Source: Octopus vulgaris (taxonomy: Eukaryota). Taken from it: a stretch of DNA of 64,000 nt. Shown here one piece after another: positions 13,040 to 25,559 of the stretch. A program made the position numbers and the translations under genes. Numbering within the stretch: position 1 is the first letter of the stretch; every line of letters begins with the position of its first letter. The notes beneath the pieces are model-generated. The model made no database searches and was not told the origin of the DNA. It was given only the letters and a program-made list of their open reading frames with translations. The stretch lies in the NCBI GenBank assembly GCA_951406725.2, contig OX597815.1, positions 201,438,001-201,502,000 on the forward strand, given 5' to 3'.

Positions 13040-14297
13040 CGAAATCAACTTCTATTAAATATATCTACAAATGTAAAATAACAAGAGTTGACGGTATATC
13101 AACTACACTTGTGCATTAGTGTAAACAATCGCTGATCTTGAGACAGCACTAAATATCAATGTATAGAATGGGTCACAAGTTCCGAAAGTTTGAGGAAATT
13201 CTACACTGATATCAGTTGAAAAGTAAAGTACGTAGTAACAATCATCTATGGCTAATTATCCATTTCAAGAGATATATCCCCTGTGATGGATGGAATTATC
13301 CAGTGGGCTACTATATTTCGCTATACCCAGATGTTTTCTAGAGCAGTTGTAAAAATCACATTATTCAAGTCCAAATGCAGTAAAGTGAGAGTACAAATGT
13401 TTTATGCTTTGTCTGAATATCTTGCGTCATGTAAACTATAAGATTACAACCATCTGCTTACAACAACAATTAATACTTAGTAATTAGATAAGCATTTCCT
13501 TGAGATTTGAAACTATTCAAACTGAGTATTGCTTTTGTGCGACAAAGATTCCTGGATTAGAAACATTAAAAGTAATACCGATTACTACTGCAACGTATGT
13601 GGGAACAATTTGTAGTGGGTATATTCGTTAGTTTAACACAATTGTCTATTGAACTCGATTCTGATAATGCAGCATTTGACTTGAAGAAATACAATAACTA
13701 AATTTAGTGGTGCACCTGAGATTTTCACGATAGTGAACAGTAAATATTTTTCATCGCGTAAAAGGTTTACATTTGAGCAACAAAAATTTAGTAACGGAGA
13801 CTAAGTCTATGATTCAATGTAAATCTGGGGCGAGTTTGTGAGTTTTGTCGAGAAATGTTTAGGCTACGTGAGATCTCGCAGAGAGAGAGATTCAACGAGA
13901 GACAGTGGCATGGTGTCCTGGTCGGTACCAAGAAGTAATCCGATACCGATGTGAGAAAAAACACCAATACGCGCGATCTGAACCCAATTGAAAAATGATG
14001 TGTCATATAGATATTTCAAGCGTATTTAATGAGAAACAGAAATATCTAACGAATAACTAAAAGCAAAGAAATAACCGGTAATTAGCCACAGTTGATTGTT
14101 ACTACGTACCTCGCTTTTCAGCTGATATCAGTGTAGAATCACCTCAACCTTTCAGAACTCTTGACCCATTCCATAAATTGATATGTAGTGCTGCCTCAAG
14201 ATCAGCGATTGTTTGCACTAATGCACAAGTGTAGTTGATATACCATCAACTCTTGGTATTTTTCATATGTTGATATCTTTGATAGAAGTTTTGATAT
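13040..14297 (+). mobile_element. Decayed Tc1-like DNA transposon with about 220-bp terminal inverted repeats (TIRs)
   Basis: 13047-13265 aligns with the reverse complement of 14070-14290; internal DLNPIEK (about 13975-13995; cf. SPDLNPIEN). Confidence 0.75.
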
Positions 14298-15249
14298 CCT
14301 CCAAATTACAAGCATTGTTCATTTCTACAATTTTATGATGTTATCACCTGTAGTAGATAGATTACCTTTAGTATTATAGATTAAATTATATCCTCATTGG
14401 GAATGGAGGAATAGGCGAACGGAAAAGCATTTCTGAGGAAAATATATCTCTTTTAATAAGATGTAGACAGTTTTAGAACGTTGTTTTGTCTACGGCCAGT
14501 TAAATACCTGTGAATAAGGTCACCTAGCACACTCCACTTATTGGTCTCATATTTCCCAGTGATCTTTCTTCTATTTCTAAAACATCTTACGGAGTTAAAC
14601 TTCATTTACGCTGTTAATAGTGTAATGCGCAATTGGCTGATGCCCATTTATTTTTGTGATATACTTCAATGAACCAATTTTTATGTGTTTTTGCTTATCC
14701 CGAAACACATGTTCTTGTTGTACTAGCATAAACTTAGTTTAAACTCTGATTCCCAAGCATCAGTCAATGGGTTTATTACATATCGTAGATATGTAGTCGC
14801 TATATCTTGGAGTTTTCGACATTCAGGCATTTCGGAAACTTTTTTTATTACAAATTTGTGCCTCACATCTAGATTGAGATTTGCACGTATAAGTCAATGA
14901 TTCTACCGACGACCTTACAGACACCAAATACCAACATTACAGAAAAGAGTAATATACGGCTTTTGCAAATTATAAAGTCATATTCTTTCGTTCAAGAGTT
15001 TATCCAAGTAAATTATATTTCGGTTTGTGTTGAATATTTTTTCCTTATAAGTCCTAACTCAGAATGTAGCTGCAACGAGAGTAAACAGCTATATATTTTA
15101 ACGTATGCAAAAGCGTACCAAACCACATCGTGTATTGAAATTACAACATAAATCTTTATTAAACTCAGCAGTGAGAATAGTATCTCCATTTGTTGGAGTG
15201 AAACAAAATTTAATAGCTAAACACGCTGGTAAAGAAAAATAGCTTCGTA

Positions 15250-15800
15250 CGCTGAATAAAGTGGTGCACAGAGAGAAATAAAAATCGCATTATACGCCAC
15301 AAACAATAGGAAACAGAGTTTGACGATGCATTCACTCATACTTGAGGGCAAATCGTGTAGCTTAAAAGCTGGTTATTCTTTGTTACATGAACAATGCCAA
15401 TTTATCTTCTGTAAATCTATCGGTCTGCCAACCTAAAACATAATGTAACAACTACCTGTGAGATTTAGTGGTCCCCTGACGACAATTTTTTTTCAAATAT
15501 GCAGAGACATCAAACTTGTATCGGTCATAATCTGTTGCATCGAGAGTAGTGCTACAGCCAGATCTTTATTTTAAATCATCCACAAGCGTTCGCATATTCT
15601 AGCGTAACATCAAGAGATGTGCCATTAAGTTGAGATAAATTAACCGGCGCGTATAACAAGTAATGTTTAGCACACCATTCCTTGTCAGTCGACTCTTTAA
15701 TGAATAAGCAGTATCTCCTTGAAATAAATCTATTCTGTTTCCTATTTAAGAAAACGGTTTTTAGTGAGAGCATCAACGGACAAATATACAGGTTTGTCAG
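15250..15800 (-). mobile_element. Possible hAT transposase relic
   Basis: YCLFIKESTD in ORF 15576-15776 resembles FSLxLDESTD; little other support. Confidence 0.2.
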
Positions 15801-16393
15801 TAAAAGTGCATCAAAACAGAATTATAGGGAAAGCGCTGGTTATCTTCTATCCCCCAAGATATATTTCAATGTTGAGTACTAGTTAAGAGACACATAGTAC
15901 TCAACTGGTACACAGCAAAAGTAGTAAAAGTGACTGATTTAGAGGGAAAAAAGTGAATTCTCTCTTTGTTTCTCAGATACCATACATCAGTAACCCTACA
16001 TGAAAGATTATATTTGATTTTACTTCCATTTGTCATTGCCAAACATGACAAATCACAGGAAAATATGGGTATATAAGCCGGAGATTTCCGTTCCATCTTT
16101 GGATATTATGAAAAGTTTATACACCCTTCTCTCTCAGGTGATCTTAGAATACGACATATTTTGGGGATTATGTCCCTGTGATTTGGCGAGAGATCCGATT
16201 ACCTTAAGCCGGAGACATCCGCATTTTCAAAGAAGACAAATAAGGTACATACACAGAATCACGAATAAGCAGTCACACACACGTACTCCACATACGCAAA
16301 TGCGCAAACACACATTTGTATGTGTGTGCAACATACATATATAGTATCCATATATTACAAACATTATGTTTTAATATGCGTGTATGCAGGTAT

Positions 16394-16395
<2 letters not shown>

Positions 16396-16462
<67 letters not shown>

Positions 16463-16556
16463 CATATATATATACATGTATGTATATATACATATATATA
16501 TGTATATATGTAGATATATATATATATATATATATATGTGTGTATGTATATATATG

Positions 16557-16596
<40 letters not shown>

Positions 16597-16694
16597 TGTA
16601 TATATATATATATAAATATATGTATTTATATGCATGTGCCTGCGTATGTATATCTTTCTATGTATTTGAATATAATTATACTTATATAACTATA

Positions 16695-16755
<61 letters not shown>

Positions 16756-17271
16756 TGTTAAGTACCTACATACCATATACAAATATCTGTGTGTATTTAC
16801 TTGTGCGTAGCGATGTACGTAACGCCGCGTGTTTTAATATGCATAGTTGCTTCTATTAAACATTGCCAAATCTCATTCGAATTTATTCTCACACCCGAAA
16901 GATCAAACTGATAGAATTTTAATTTAACAGACTCTGAAAAACGTATTTAATGATTGGATTCACAAATTGTAATAATAGTTGTTATATAAATAAAAAAAAG
17001 TTATAATTGAATATACACAAAGCTTCCCCCCATCTCTACGAAATATATATACATTATGTATGTTGAGAGATACATATATATGTATACATATATATACATA
17101 TTTATACGTACACATACACACACACATACATATATACATACATGTATTAGCATATACATATAAATATATTTTATATATATATATATACATACATGCATAT
17201 ATATATATATATATGCGTATATATATATATACACCTATATCTGTATATATATATATATATATATACATACA

Positions 17272-17341
<70 letters not shown>

Positions 17342-17342
17342 T
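16396..17342. repeat. Degenerate TA/CA microsatellite fields
   Basis: Two TA-rich arrays, 16396-16753 and 17043-17342. Confidence 0.9.
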
Positions 17343-18439
17343 CCAATAAAGAGGAACATATAAGTTTATATATACTAAAACCAGTACACTTCATTTATTT
17401 TTAAAGTGAGACATCGTTTCTCTTCATCATTATTAATTTGTTAAAATTAAGCACAGAATTTAATATTGTTGTTGAAGAATAAATATTCCATAAACAGTGA
17501 AAAAGTTAATTTTGTTTCACTAACTTTAATATCAGCATATTCAATCACTCTCATGAATATACATACATATATATACATACAAGAATATACGCTTGTGCAC
17601 ACTCACTCACGCGTATACTCACATTCACACATATGAATTACATGTGAGTATTGTATTCACGCATACATGTGTGTGTGTCTGTGTATGTATATGCTTATAT
17701 TTACATGTATATATGTATTTTTGTATGTATGTATGCTTGTATGTATATATATATATGTAGATATGTAGGTATACTTCTGTAACTATATGTTTACGTAAAT
17801 GTGAGATATATTTTTGTTTAAGAATCTTTTATTAAAATTGTTCGACTGCATTGAAGTTTTCCTTTATTGTTGTGTTTAGAAATGACTTTGTTTTATTAAT
17901 CTTGTATTTTGCATGAAATATCTTTTTTGGCGGTGTTATTGTTTGCACATGTTACTGCTGTAGCGTAAGTGTCAGATATTCTTTTTCGGTTATTTTAACG
18001 ACAAAATATACGGTGTTTTCGAATATTTGCACATGAACTTCGGATTTCCTTAGTTAACAGAGGAGCGTTATACTCTGTCTCTCACTATCGCTGGCAATGT
18101 ATGTGATCCCTGTTTTCAATGTGTTTTACACTGAAACAAACAAGTATATAGACAGTGATATATGTTTGCATTAAGTTAAAGTGAGTTGTTAGATATAGAA
18201 CCTTGTAAAAACTCCTTAATCGCAATTCCAGAACATTCAAGTTCACGTACAAAAATTTGTAACATCCCTGAGCAAACATCTCTGGGAGTTAAACGAAAGC
18301 ATATTTGCCGTGAGTGAGTAAAAAGGGTGCTTATAGACTGTGCAATACCATGAGAAATATCCGTTAATCTCACGAAATAGTAAGACAAATGATACAAACA
18401 CGAAATTGAATTCAAATTCAAAAACTATACTTATATTTT

Positions 18440-18915
18440 CTATCGAAGCCGAATTCCTGATGTAGGCCAAGAATTTCAGTGCTGGAAGCAGAGAATGAAG
18501 GTGTCCTATTGGCGGTAAAAGATCAAAGTTTGCTTACAAAAAACTACCAGGATTTCTTCAGAACATTTCTGATCCTAAATGCAGATTCTTCAACACGTTT
18601 TACCATGCAATAGACCACCTCGTCTCGGGATGTCCTGCGCTGAAACCAAACGAATACAGAAATCCCTACGATAGAGTAAGACCATATTTACATATTAAAA
18701 AATGTAAACACTAGAAAATCAGCAATCATGTTTACTGGTATGAACATTATCCTGAGTCAGGCATTGAAGGTAAACATACCACTATCGTTTGGGATTTTCC
18801 ATTCACCACAGACAGAAAGATCCAAGGTAATCGAGCAGACATGATTATTAAAGTCAGGGAAGAAAATACTTGTAGACTAAGTGTTCTCGCCGATAAAAAT
18901 ATATCTGTAAATAAT
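18440..18915 (+). mobile_element. Old R4/Dong-type LINE fragment (zinc knuckle plus start of restriction-like endonuclease, RLE)
   Basis: LEAENEGVLLAVKDQSLLTKNY, DPKCRFF..IDHLVSGCPAL..EY, WYEHYPE, WDFPFTTDRKIQGNRADMII. Confidence 0.8.
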
Positions 18916-19051
18916 GTATTACAATTTTTTCCTACTTCCCTTCCCAAACTTACACCCATAATGAAACGTCTCTTATACTTCACTCACTCCAGGACGACGC
19001 TGAATGTGCCTTGGCAAGTGACTGTAAGAAACATGCAGATCAATAGTACAA

Positions 19052-19052
19052 C

Positions 19053-19111
<59 letters not shown>

Positions 19112-19552
19112 TGATGATCATGATGATGATATTAATAATAATAATAATAATAAGTTGTCAGAGATCATGAAGAAAAAAATGCTTTCTAATTGATGTATCA
19201 ATACCGGCAGATGACAACGTGTCTCTAAAAGAAATGGGGAAACTCTCAAAATACAAAAACCTGGAAATAGAGGTAACTAGAATGTGGAATCTAAAAACAG
19301 AAACAATTCCTATCATAGTAGGCGCATTAGGCATGATAAAAAAATACTCAGACAAATACATAACAAAAACACCAGGACTTACAAACACAAATAACATACA
19401 GAAAATTGCACTACTAGGCACCGCACACATCCTACGCAGAACACTTTCCATACAATAACCATCAGAGCATCATAACAAATCACAGCACATACCCAAGGCA
19501 TACAGAGCTGCGCTCGGTAGTGAAGTGAAAGCACGCTACTAAAATAAAACTA

Positions 19553-19593
<41 letters not shown>

Positions 19594-19605
19594 GAATAAG
19601 AATAA

Positions 19606-19657
<52 letters not shown>

Positions 19658-19658
19658 C

Positions 19659-19723
<65 letters not shown>

Positions 19724-19732
19724 AAGAAGAAG
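19052..19732. repeat. (TAA)n array split by a LINE end, grading into (GAA)n
   Basis: Direct reading. Confidence 0.95.
19154..19556 (+). mobile_element. Young 5'-truncated Dong-type LINE 3' end inside (TAA)n
   Basis: Open frame KCFLIDVSIPADDNVSLKEMGKLSKYKNLEIEVTRMWNLKTETIPIIVGALG..IQKIALLGTAHILRRTLSIQ*, then about 100 nt of 3' UTR; (TAA)n on both sides. Confidence 0.88.
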
Positions 19733-19739
19733 AACTGTA

Positions 19740-20100
19740 TGTACATTATTCCCATCATGACTACTCGTCTGATAAAGATACACCAGGCACATGCATCATA
19801 ACCATATGTGCACGACATGGTGATCTCATATCAAGATAAACAGCACATGATCTTGCAGGTGGGGACCAGTTAGAATTTTCTTGTTGTTGAGTAACCCATC
19901 CTGCTCTAAAGGTCCCTGGATAAGGATTGTTTAAGGACGTTAAATAAAACACTCATGATTCCGGAGGTGAATTATTCAAACCCCAAAGAATCCCTCTGAA
20001 CACATGGCTATGATACTCCCTCACTACTTCTGCTCGTGATCAGAGATGTGCATATCGTCAGTCACTAAGGGACATGCTCAACTGGTTAAGGTCAAACAAC
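19740..20100. repeat. Unclassified probable interspersed repeat
   Basis: GC-richer block bounded by (GAA)n and a LINE fragment; only one copy in the window. Confidence 0.25.
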
Positions 20101-20104
20101 AAAT

Positions 20105-20330
20105 TGCGCTCTTATCACTTTCTGATGTGTTGTCTATTCTGTATTTGATGTAATTCGTTCTTAGTGATTGCTGCTGTGTATCACAGATTACAGCTTCTAT
20201 TTCCATTTTGAAATCCCTTTTAGTCAGCCATTGCTGTCTTTTTCTGTATCATCGTCAATACCCATATAAAATTGTCCATGCATTCTTTTCTTTATGCACC
20301 TAGTTTCAGTTTCATTCATTCTCAAATGTT
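20105..20330 (-). mobile_element. R4/Dong-type LINE fragment
   Basis: Minus strand KRMHGQFY and WLTKRDFKMEIEAVICDTQQQSLRTNYIKYRIDNTSESDK. Confidence 0.75.
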
Positions 20331-20344
20331 TGTACTGTGCTTTT

Positions 20345-20870
20345 CCACTTTTCTGGGAAAATATTTGCTCCCGTCAACCTTTCATATTCCTCCAATGATG
20401 TGCCGACCACCTCTATTTCTGAGGTGTCCGACACCACAAATGTGATGTCCGCATAAACCGACAAGGCGCTTCTGCGTCAAGGTTCGAGCGGCATACACTG
20501 CAGCAGATGCAGTTTCTGCAATAAAGGCTGAAGTGTCAATATGTACAGAAGCGAGGATATAGAACAGTCTTCTCAGACCGATCTGGATATCTGAAACGGT
20601 TCTGGGAAATTGCGATTAACTTTGGCCACCGAGAATGCCGTTGAGCATTGCAGCGTTCTAACCTCTGAAAGCGGAGCCGAAAACAGCGTCTTTGGAGACA
20701 GCACCCATGTAGCTATGAACGACTTATGGAATGCTTCTTTCATTAATCTAAATTTATCACCACCCCACTGAAACCCTACATTTTCTATGATGTTTCGCAT
20801 AAGGTTGAAGTTCTTGCGTAAGGACGTATTCGGGATTGTGCAAGCCAAATCCTCGATAACAATGAGTGAT
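20345..20870 (-). mobile_element. L1/Tx1-clade LINE RT fragment
   Basis: VNRNFPEPFQISRSV*EDCSISSLLYILTLQPLLQKL (cf. VRQGCPLSPLLY) followed by VYAD-ITFVVSD..LEEYERLTGANI. Confidence 0.7.
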
Positions 20871-21099
20871 ATCTCTGTTGCAAAATATTTTGATATTTTC
20901 TTTAAGTGTGTAGATTTTATTTATTGTTTGTGTTGTATTCACTGGAGACCAATTTTCTCTAGCTATTGTTGAATCACATATTATTTGTAAATTTTCTCTG
21001 GGATTACTTATAATTTAACAATTCTAGTCAACAGATGTCAAAATGTATTAAAAGACTCTTCGCAGAAAATTCCTTAATAGATTCGTGCATGAAACGTGC

Positions 21100-21900
21100 A
21101 CTAACTATTAGCTCAATAGCCCAAATATTTCGAATTATTATATTTCAGCGTTATAAAACTTATGTATTTTGTTAAAAACTTCAGCACACCTAGAAGAATA
21201 TCCTTTATAAATAAATGTCTTCGAGGACTTTGTTATATATATAGGAATTTCTGTATATTTTATACATCATCTTAAAGGCTCATTCGAAATATTTATTGTA
21301 ACCAATGTTAAACCAAACACAAAGAAATATTGTCTAGGTAAATTTGTAAACATCTCTACATTTTTCACAAATCAAATATTATACGAGAAGATATTTTATA
21401 CAAGATATAGTATTTCGATATAAATACCATTCAAATCTCACGCTCTCCAACGGAATTAATAGAACAACAGTGCAAATGTCATCGAATGGTTCAATAAAAT
21501 AGATAATTACCAAGTCATGGGGTTTCACGCACTTTGATAGCGTTGACTTATTTCTATCAATCAGGAATCATCTATTAACAAATCCTCTAGACATCACTGA
21601 TATCAAGTAACCAATAAAAAAAAAAAGACTTTGTCACACATTAAAAGAAATAAGTCTTAATTGCTGGATAAAAATTAAGCAATGTTTCCTTCGATATTAT
21701 AATGGTAGCCTAAGACTGAGCTGTAACATTGGCCCTGAGAGGACAATATACCCAGAGTTTTTGCAAGATATGTACTAAGTCCAGAACAGTGCTATACAGG
21801 GACAAAAACTCATCTATGTACCGAAATATGGATGCAAACGAAATTTGATGAATTCAAAACGAACTAAATGGATATTTTTTTTTTTAAATATTGACATGAG
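21100..21900 (+). mobile_element. Highly decayed PLE reverse transcriptase relic (Naiad/Chlamys-like motifs)
   Basis: NVIEWFNKIDN (about 21475), FTHFDSVDLFLSI (about 21523; cf. FDI.DFYPSI), WIK..FDIIMVA (about 21665-21710; cf. FDVTMG). Confidence 0.4.
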
Positions 21901-22479
21901 AATAAATACAGAAGGAAACCTAATAGTAGTAAAGTACCTACACTTAATGTTCAACCTCACAGCGGGAAAGCACTATCTTTAAAAAAGGCCCAAAATTGCA
22001 CATTCATACATAAATATAACTTCCGAGTCATCCACCGCCCATTCTATTTATTTACATACACACACAAACACACACGCATGTATATATGTATGTGTATTCA
22101 CACACGCACACATACACACACACACACACACACTTTTACATATATACATGGCGGCTATGTACCCACCTTTTGACCCTATGCGTAAGTATATTACTCTCTA
22201 ACATTGGTACGACTCTACTACACTGTCTCTTTTTCCCCCCTCTCCTACATTTCTCTGCCTTCACCCTTTGCACTCCCCTTGATCTGTCTCTTTCCCTCTC
22301 TTTCTTCTCCTCCCTTGTTCCCCGTCTTTCTTTCTCTCTTCCTCCGTCCCCTCTCTCCCACATTTTTCTGCCTCTCACACCTTACACCCCACTTGACCTG
22401 TCCCTTTCCCTCTCTTGCTTCTCCTCCCTTGTTCCCCTTCTTTCTCTCTTCATCTGTCCCTTTCTCCTCTCTTTTGTGC

Positions 22480-22969
22480 TCACGTGACCAGCCAGCTACT
22501 ACTGCCTTTTCGCATCAAGTAGTCAGTGTGGCAACACGTATTTGTTTGTGCTCCGTTGCCTTCAGGCACTTTCCACAGCCAGCCCTATACTTAACCCGTC
22601 CTGTCGAAAGACGCTTGTCCTGACGTCCTGGTTTTGTTATTACTGTTTTTACGTATTTTGTATTCTTATTCGTGCTATCATTATTGTTTTTACGTATTTT
22701 TGTATTTTTATTCGTGTAACATCGTCCGTTTTCCGTCACTGTGTTGTATACTTTCGAGTCTTTCTTCCAAGGAATCTAATGCGTTTGGCTTAGATTTCCC
22801 TTGGTGGCTGCCCAGATCGGAGCAATCTCAAGATTAATCAGCCGAAATTGCGAAGATGATCTGGTTCTTGACTGATGACTGAGAGCTTCGAAAGTCCCGT
22901 CCGTGTTTTTTGTCGACTTCTAACTGTTTCACGTTCTTGTCCCAGTTTGTGTATTTTTTTTACTTTTAC

Positions 22970-22975
<6 letters not shown>
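22480..22975. repeat. Unclassified CpG-richer repeat between a CT-rich tract and (TA)n
   Basis: Compositionally distinct block with hairpins ccaaggaatctaa/ttagatttcccttgg and cagatc/gatctg. Confidence 0.3.
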
Positions 22976-23036
<61 letters not shown>

Positions 23037-23532
23037 GTATATTTTTGTACACACAGATTTATATATATCTCCGTTCTATGAGAAATTTCAAAATAACAAT
23101 TAACAACCCCAGATTTAAACAATACCATTTAAAAGCTGATGTCTATAATCTGAAACTCACACGCATACACACATACATACACACACTCAAATATATATTG
23201 TTATAAGTAAACCCTAAAGGCAGTGCATATTAATTTAGCAGTAAACGGCATGATTCAAAAGATTTATCATTATCAGTGACACACCTGTATTTTTCCAATT
23301 GCGTTCAAATTGTTCTCGTTTACAAAAATGAAACGCATACAAGTGGTGATATTGTCCTTGCGTCAATTATATCGCATTAAACTCCTAGAACATGTGGGAA
23401 TACATGTCCGATTTATCTATCATATTTTATTTCACATATTCGTAACATATGACATCTTACTATTGTATGTATGTATACACACATACGCACATTTTCTCGA
23501 TACCTTTCCTCTCTACCTGTCTGTCTATCTGG

Positions 23533-23623
<91 letters not shown>

Positions 23624-23705
23624 GAGAGAGCGAGAGCGAGAGAGATATAGAGAGACTGATAGATGGATAGATATCTAGTTATACACACACACCCAGATGT
23701 ATATA

Positions 23706-23771
<66 letters not shown>

Positions 23772-24249
23772 GCTTATATCTAGGCACGCATGTATATATA
23801 TATATATGTATCTATATGTGTATATATATGCGCAAGCTATTATGGGAGAATAGAGGCCTATGTTTAATTAAATTGTGTGCAAAAGTACAATAAAGAAAAT
23901 GTTGCAGTGTAATTCATAAATGTCGCTTATTATAGCAAATTAATTGCCGCCTAAAACAAAACAACTTACCAAAAATGTTGCACGAGTATTTACTTACAAT
24001 CTTATTAAAACTAATACAACTTTTTACTTTAATTAGTTGTATTATGCAAACTCTATTTAAGGAGACAAAATTCGAAATAATCATACAAAAAAGTATTTAA
24101 AATAAGATATAATACAACATAATGAGGAAATTAAAAAGGAAAATAATAATAAATTAATTTATTGCAAATATTAATAATATCATTGAAAAATGAACAAAAT
24201 TCAATAAAATGGAAATACAGATAACTGGCTAGATAAGTACACAGCTATT

Positions 24250-24500
24250 TTTATACCAGTCGTTGATCGTGCTAGAAGCATGCAAGTGCAAAACAAATGA
24301 CAACTGTCAAAATCAACTTGAGCATGAATTAAATAAAGTAATTTGCATCAAATTATACATCGCAGACAGAGAACAATTTTGTTATAAGACGGATAATATG
24401 CAACTAAATGAATATAGAAAATAATATCGCCAAAACTCTATTAAGCAGTAGAAAAACAATTGAGTAAATTGTTAACACATTCTGAAAATAAAAACGTAAA
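24250..24500 (+). mobile_element. Possible decayed PLE endonuclease C-terminus, continuing the 21100-21900 relic
   Basis: CN*MNIENNIAKTLLSSR..C*H resembles the CNLCLxEK..LLNxR..CxH tail of this PLE group; weak match. Confidence 0.25.
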
Positions 24501-24738
24501 TATTATCTCTTAACCTACCTGATATTTCATAGTAAGAAACATTGGTAAGGCTCATGTAATACATATACAATTATTAATGCTGTAGCCATAATTCTTTCTG
24601 GTCATTGTCTTAAAAAGATGTTGTTCGTAAATACATATAGCTGTTTTGAAAAGAAAATCATAGCACTCGGTTCTAGATATTATCTTCATATATTCATAAC
24701 ACATACACACACACACACACACATACACACACACACAT

Positions 24739-24801
<63 letters not shown>

Positions 24802-24928
24802 TACATATATATATATATACATATATATATACATATATATCTATATATATCTATATATATATATACCGGAGTAAACACATAAATGTGAAACAAGGTGGAA
24901 AAAAGAGTACTCAAATACCAGTGTCTTA

Positions 24929-24966
24929 CTGTTACTCTGAGTTTCTCGTTGCCGTTCATCAGACAG
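24929..24966 (-). ncRNA. Minimal type I hammerhead ribozyme motif (inverted twin)
   Basis: Exact reverse complement of 24982-25019; lies in the left arm of a perfect 43-bp inverted repeat. Confidence 0.7.
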
Positions 24967-24981
24967 TTTTTCTAGCAAAAA

Positions 24982-25019
24982 CTGTCTGATGAACGGCAAC
25001 GAGAAACTCAGAGTAACAG
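24982..25019 (+). ncRNA. Minimal type I hammerhead ribozyme motif
   Basis: ctgt-CTGATGA-a cg gcaa cg a-GAAA-ctc a gag-TA-acag. Stem I ctgt/acag, canonical CUGANGA and GAAA boxes, short stem II with GCAA loop, near-palindromic stem III, GUA triplet (predicted cut after 25015). Confidence 0.7.
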
Positions 25020-25049
25020 ATTTTGTTGAATTTTTGTTTTAAATATATA

Positions 25050-25083
<34 letters not shown>

Positions 25084-25086
25084 AAT

Positions 25087-25419
25087 GGTAAAGACCCCCT
25101 TCGGTCATGAGTGACCATGGGTTTGCACCTAGAGAGTTACCCTCTGAGGCACAAGTCTGGGCAAGGTTTTTTTATGGAAGACCAGTAGTCGCCCATGCAT
25201 ACCGGCCTCCCCTCTCCACGCCACCAGTGTTATCCAAGGGAAAGATAAAGGTCGATACAGCTTGGCACCTGTGACATCGCAACTCATTTCTACAGCTGAG
25301 TGAACTGGAGCAACGTGAAATAAAGTGTCTTGCTCAAGAACACAACACGCAGCCCGGTCCCCGGGATTCGAGCTCACAACCTCACGATCGTAAGCTCGAC
25401 GCTCTAACCACTGAGCCAT
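25087..25419 (-). mobile_element. SINE family D (tRNA-derived) inserted in (TA)n
   Basis: Minus head tggctcagtggttagagcg..gagctcgaatccc, then tgtgttcttgagcaagacacttta typical of SINE2 bodies. Confidence 0.78.
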
Positions 25420-25559
25420 ATATATATATATATATGAGAGAGACACACATATAGACAGAAGGGGAGAGAGGAGAGAAAGAGTGCGAGAAAAATATGCTTA
25501 TGTTTGTATACATAGAATAGTTAAATGTCATATGCAATGAATATGAGAAATAGAATCTG

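Larger units (their letters stand above)
24866..25045. mobile_element. Short palindromic Penelope-like terminal repeat between (TA)n tracts
   Basis: Homologous to 3354-3572; contains the twin hammerhead motifs; (TA)n on both sides. Confidence 0.6.

Noticed and set aside
16316-17404. YIYI/CVCV-type ORFs here and throughout the window
   Set aside because: Translations of TA/CA dinucleotide repeats.
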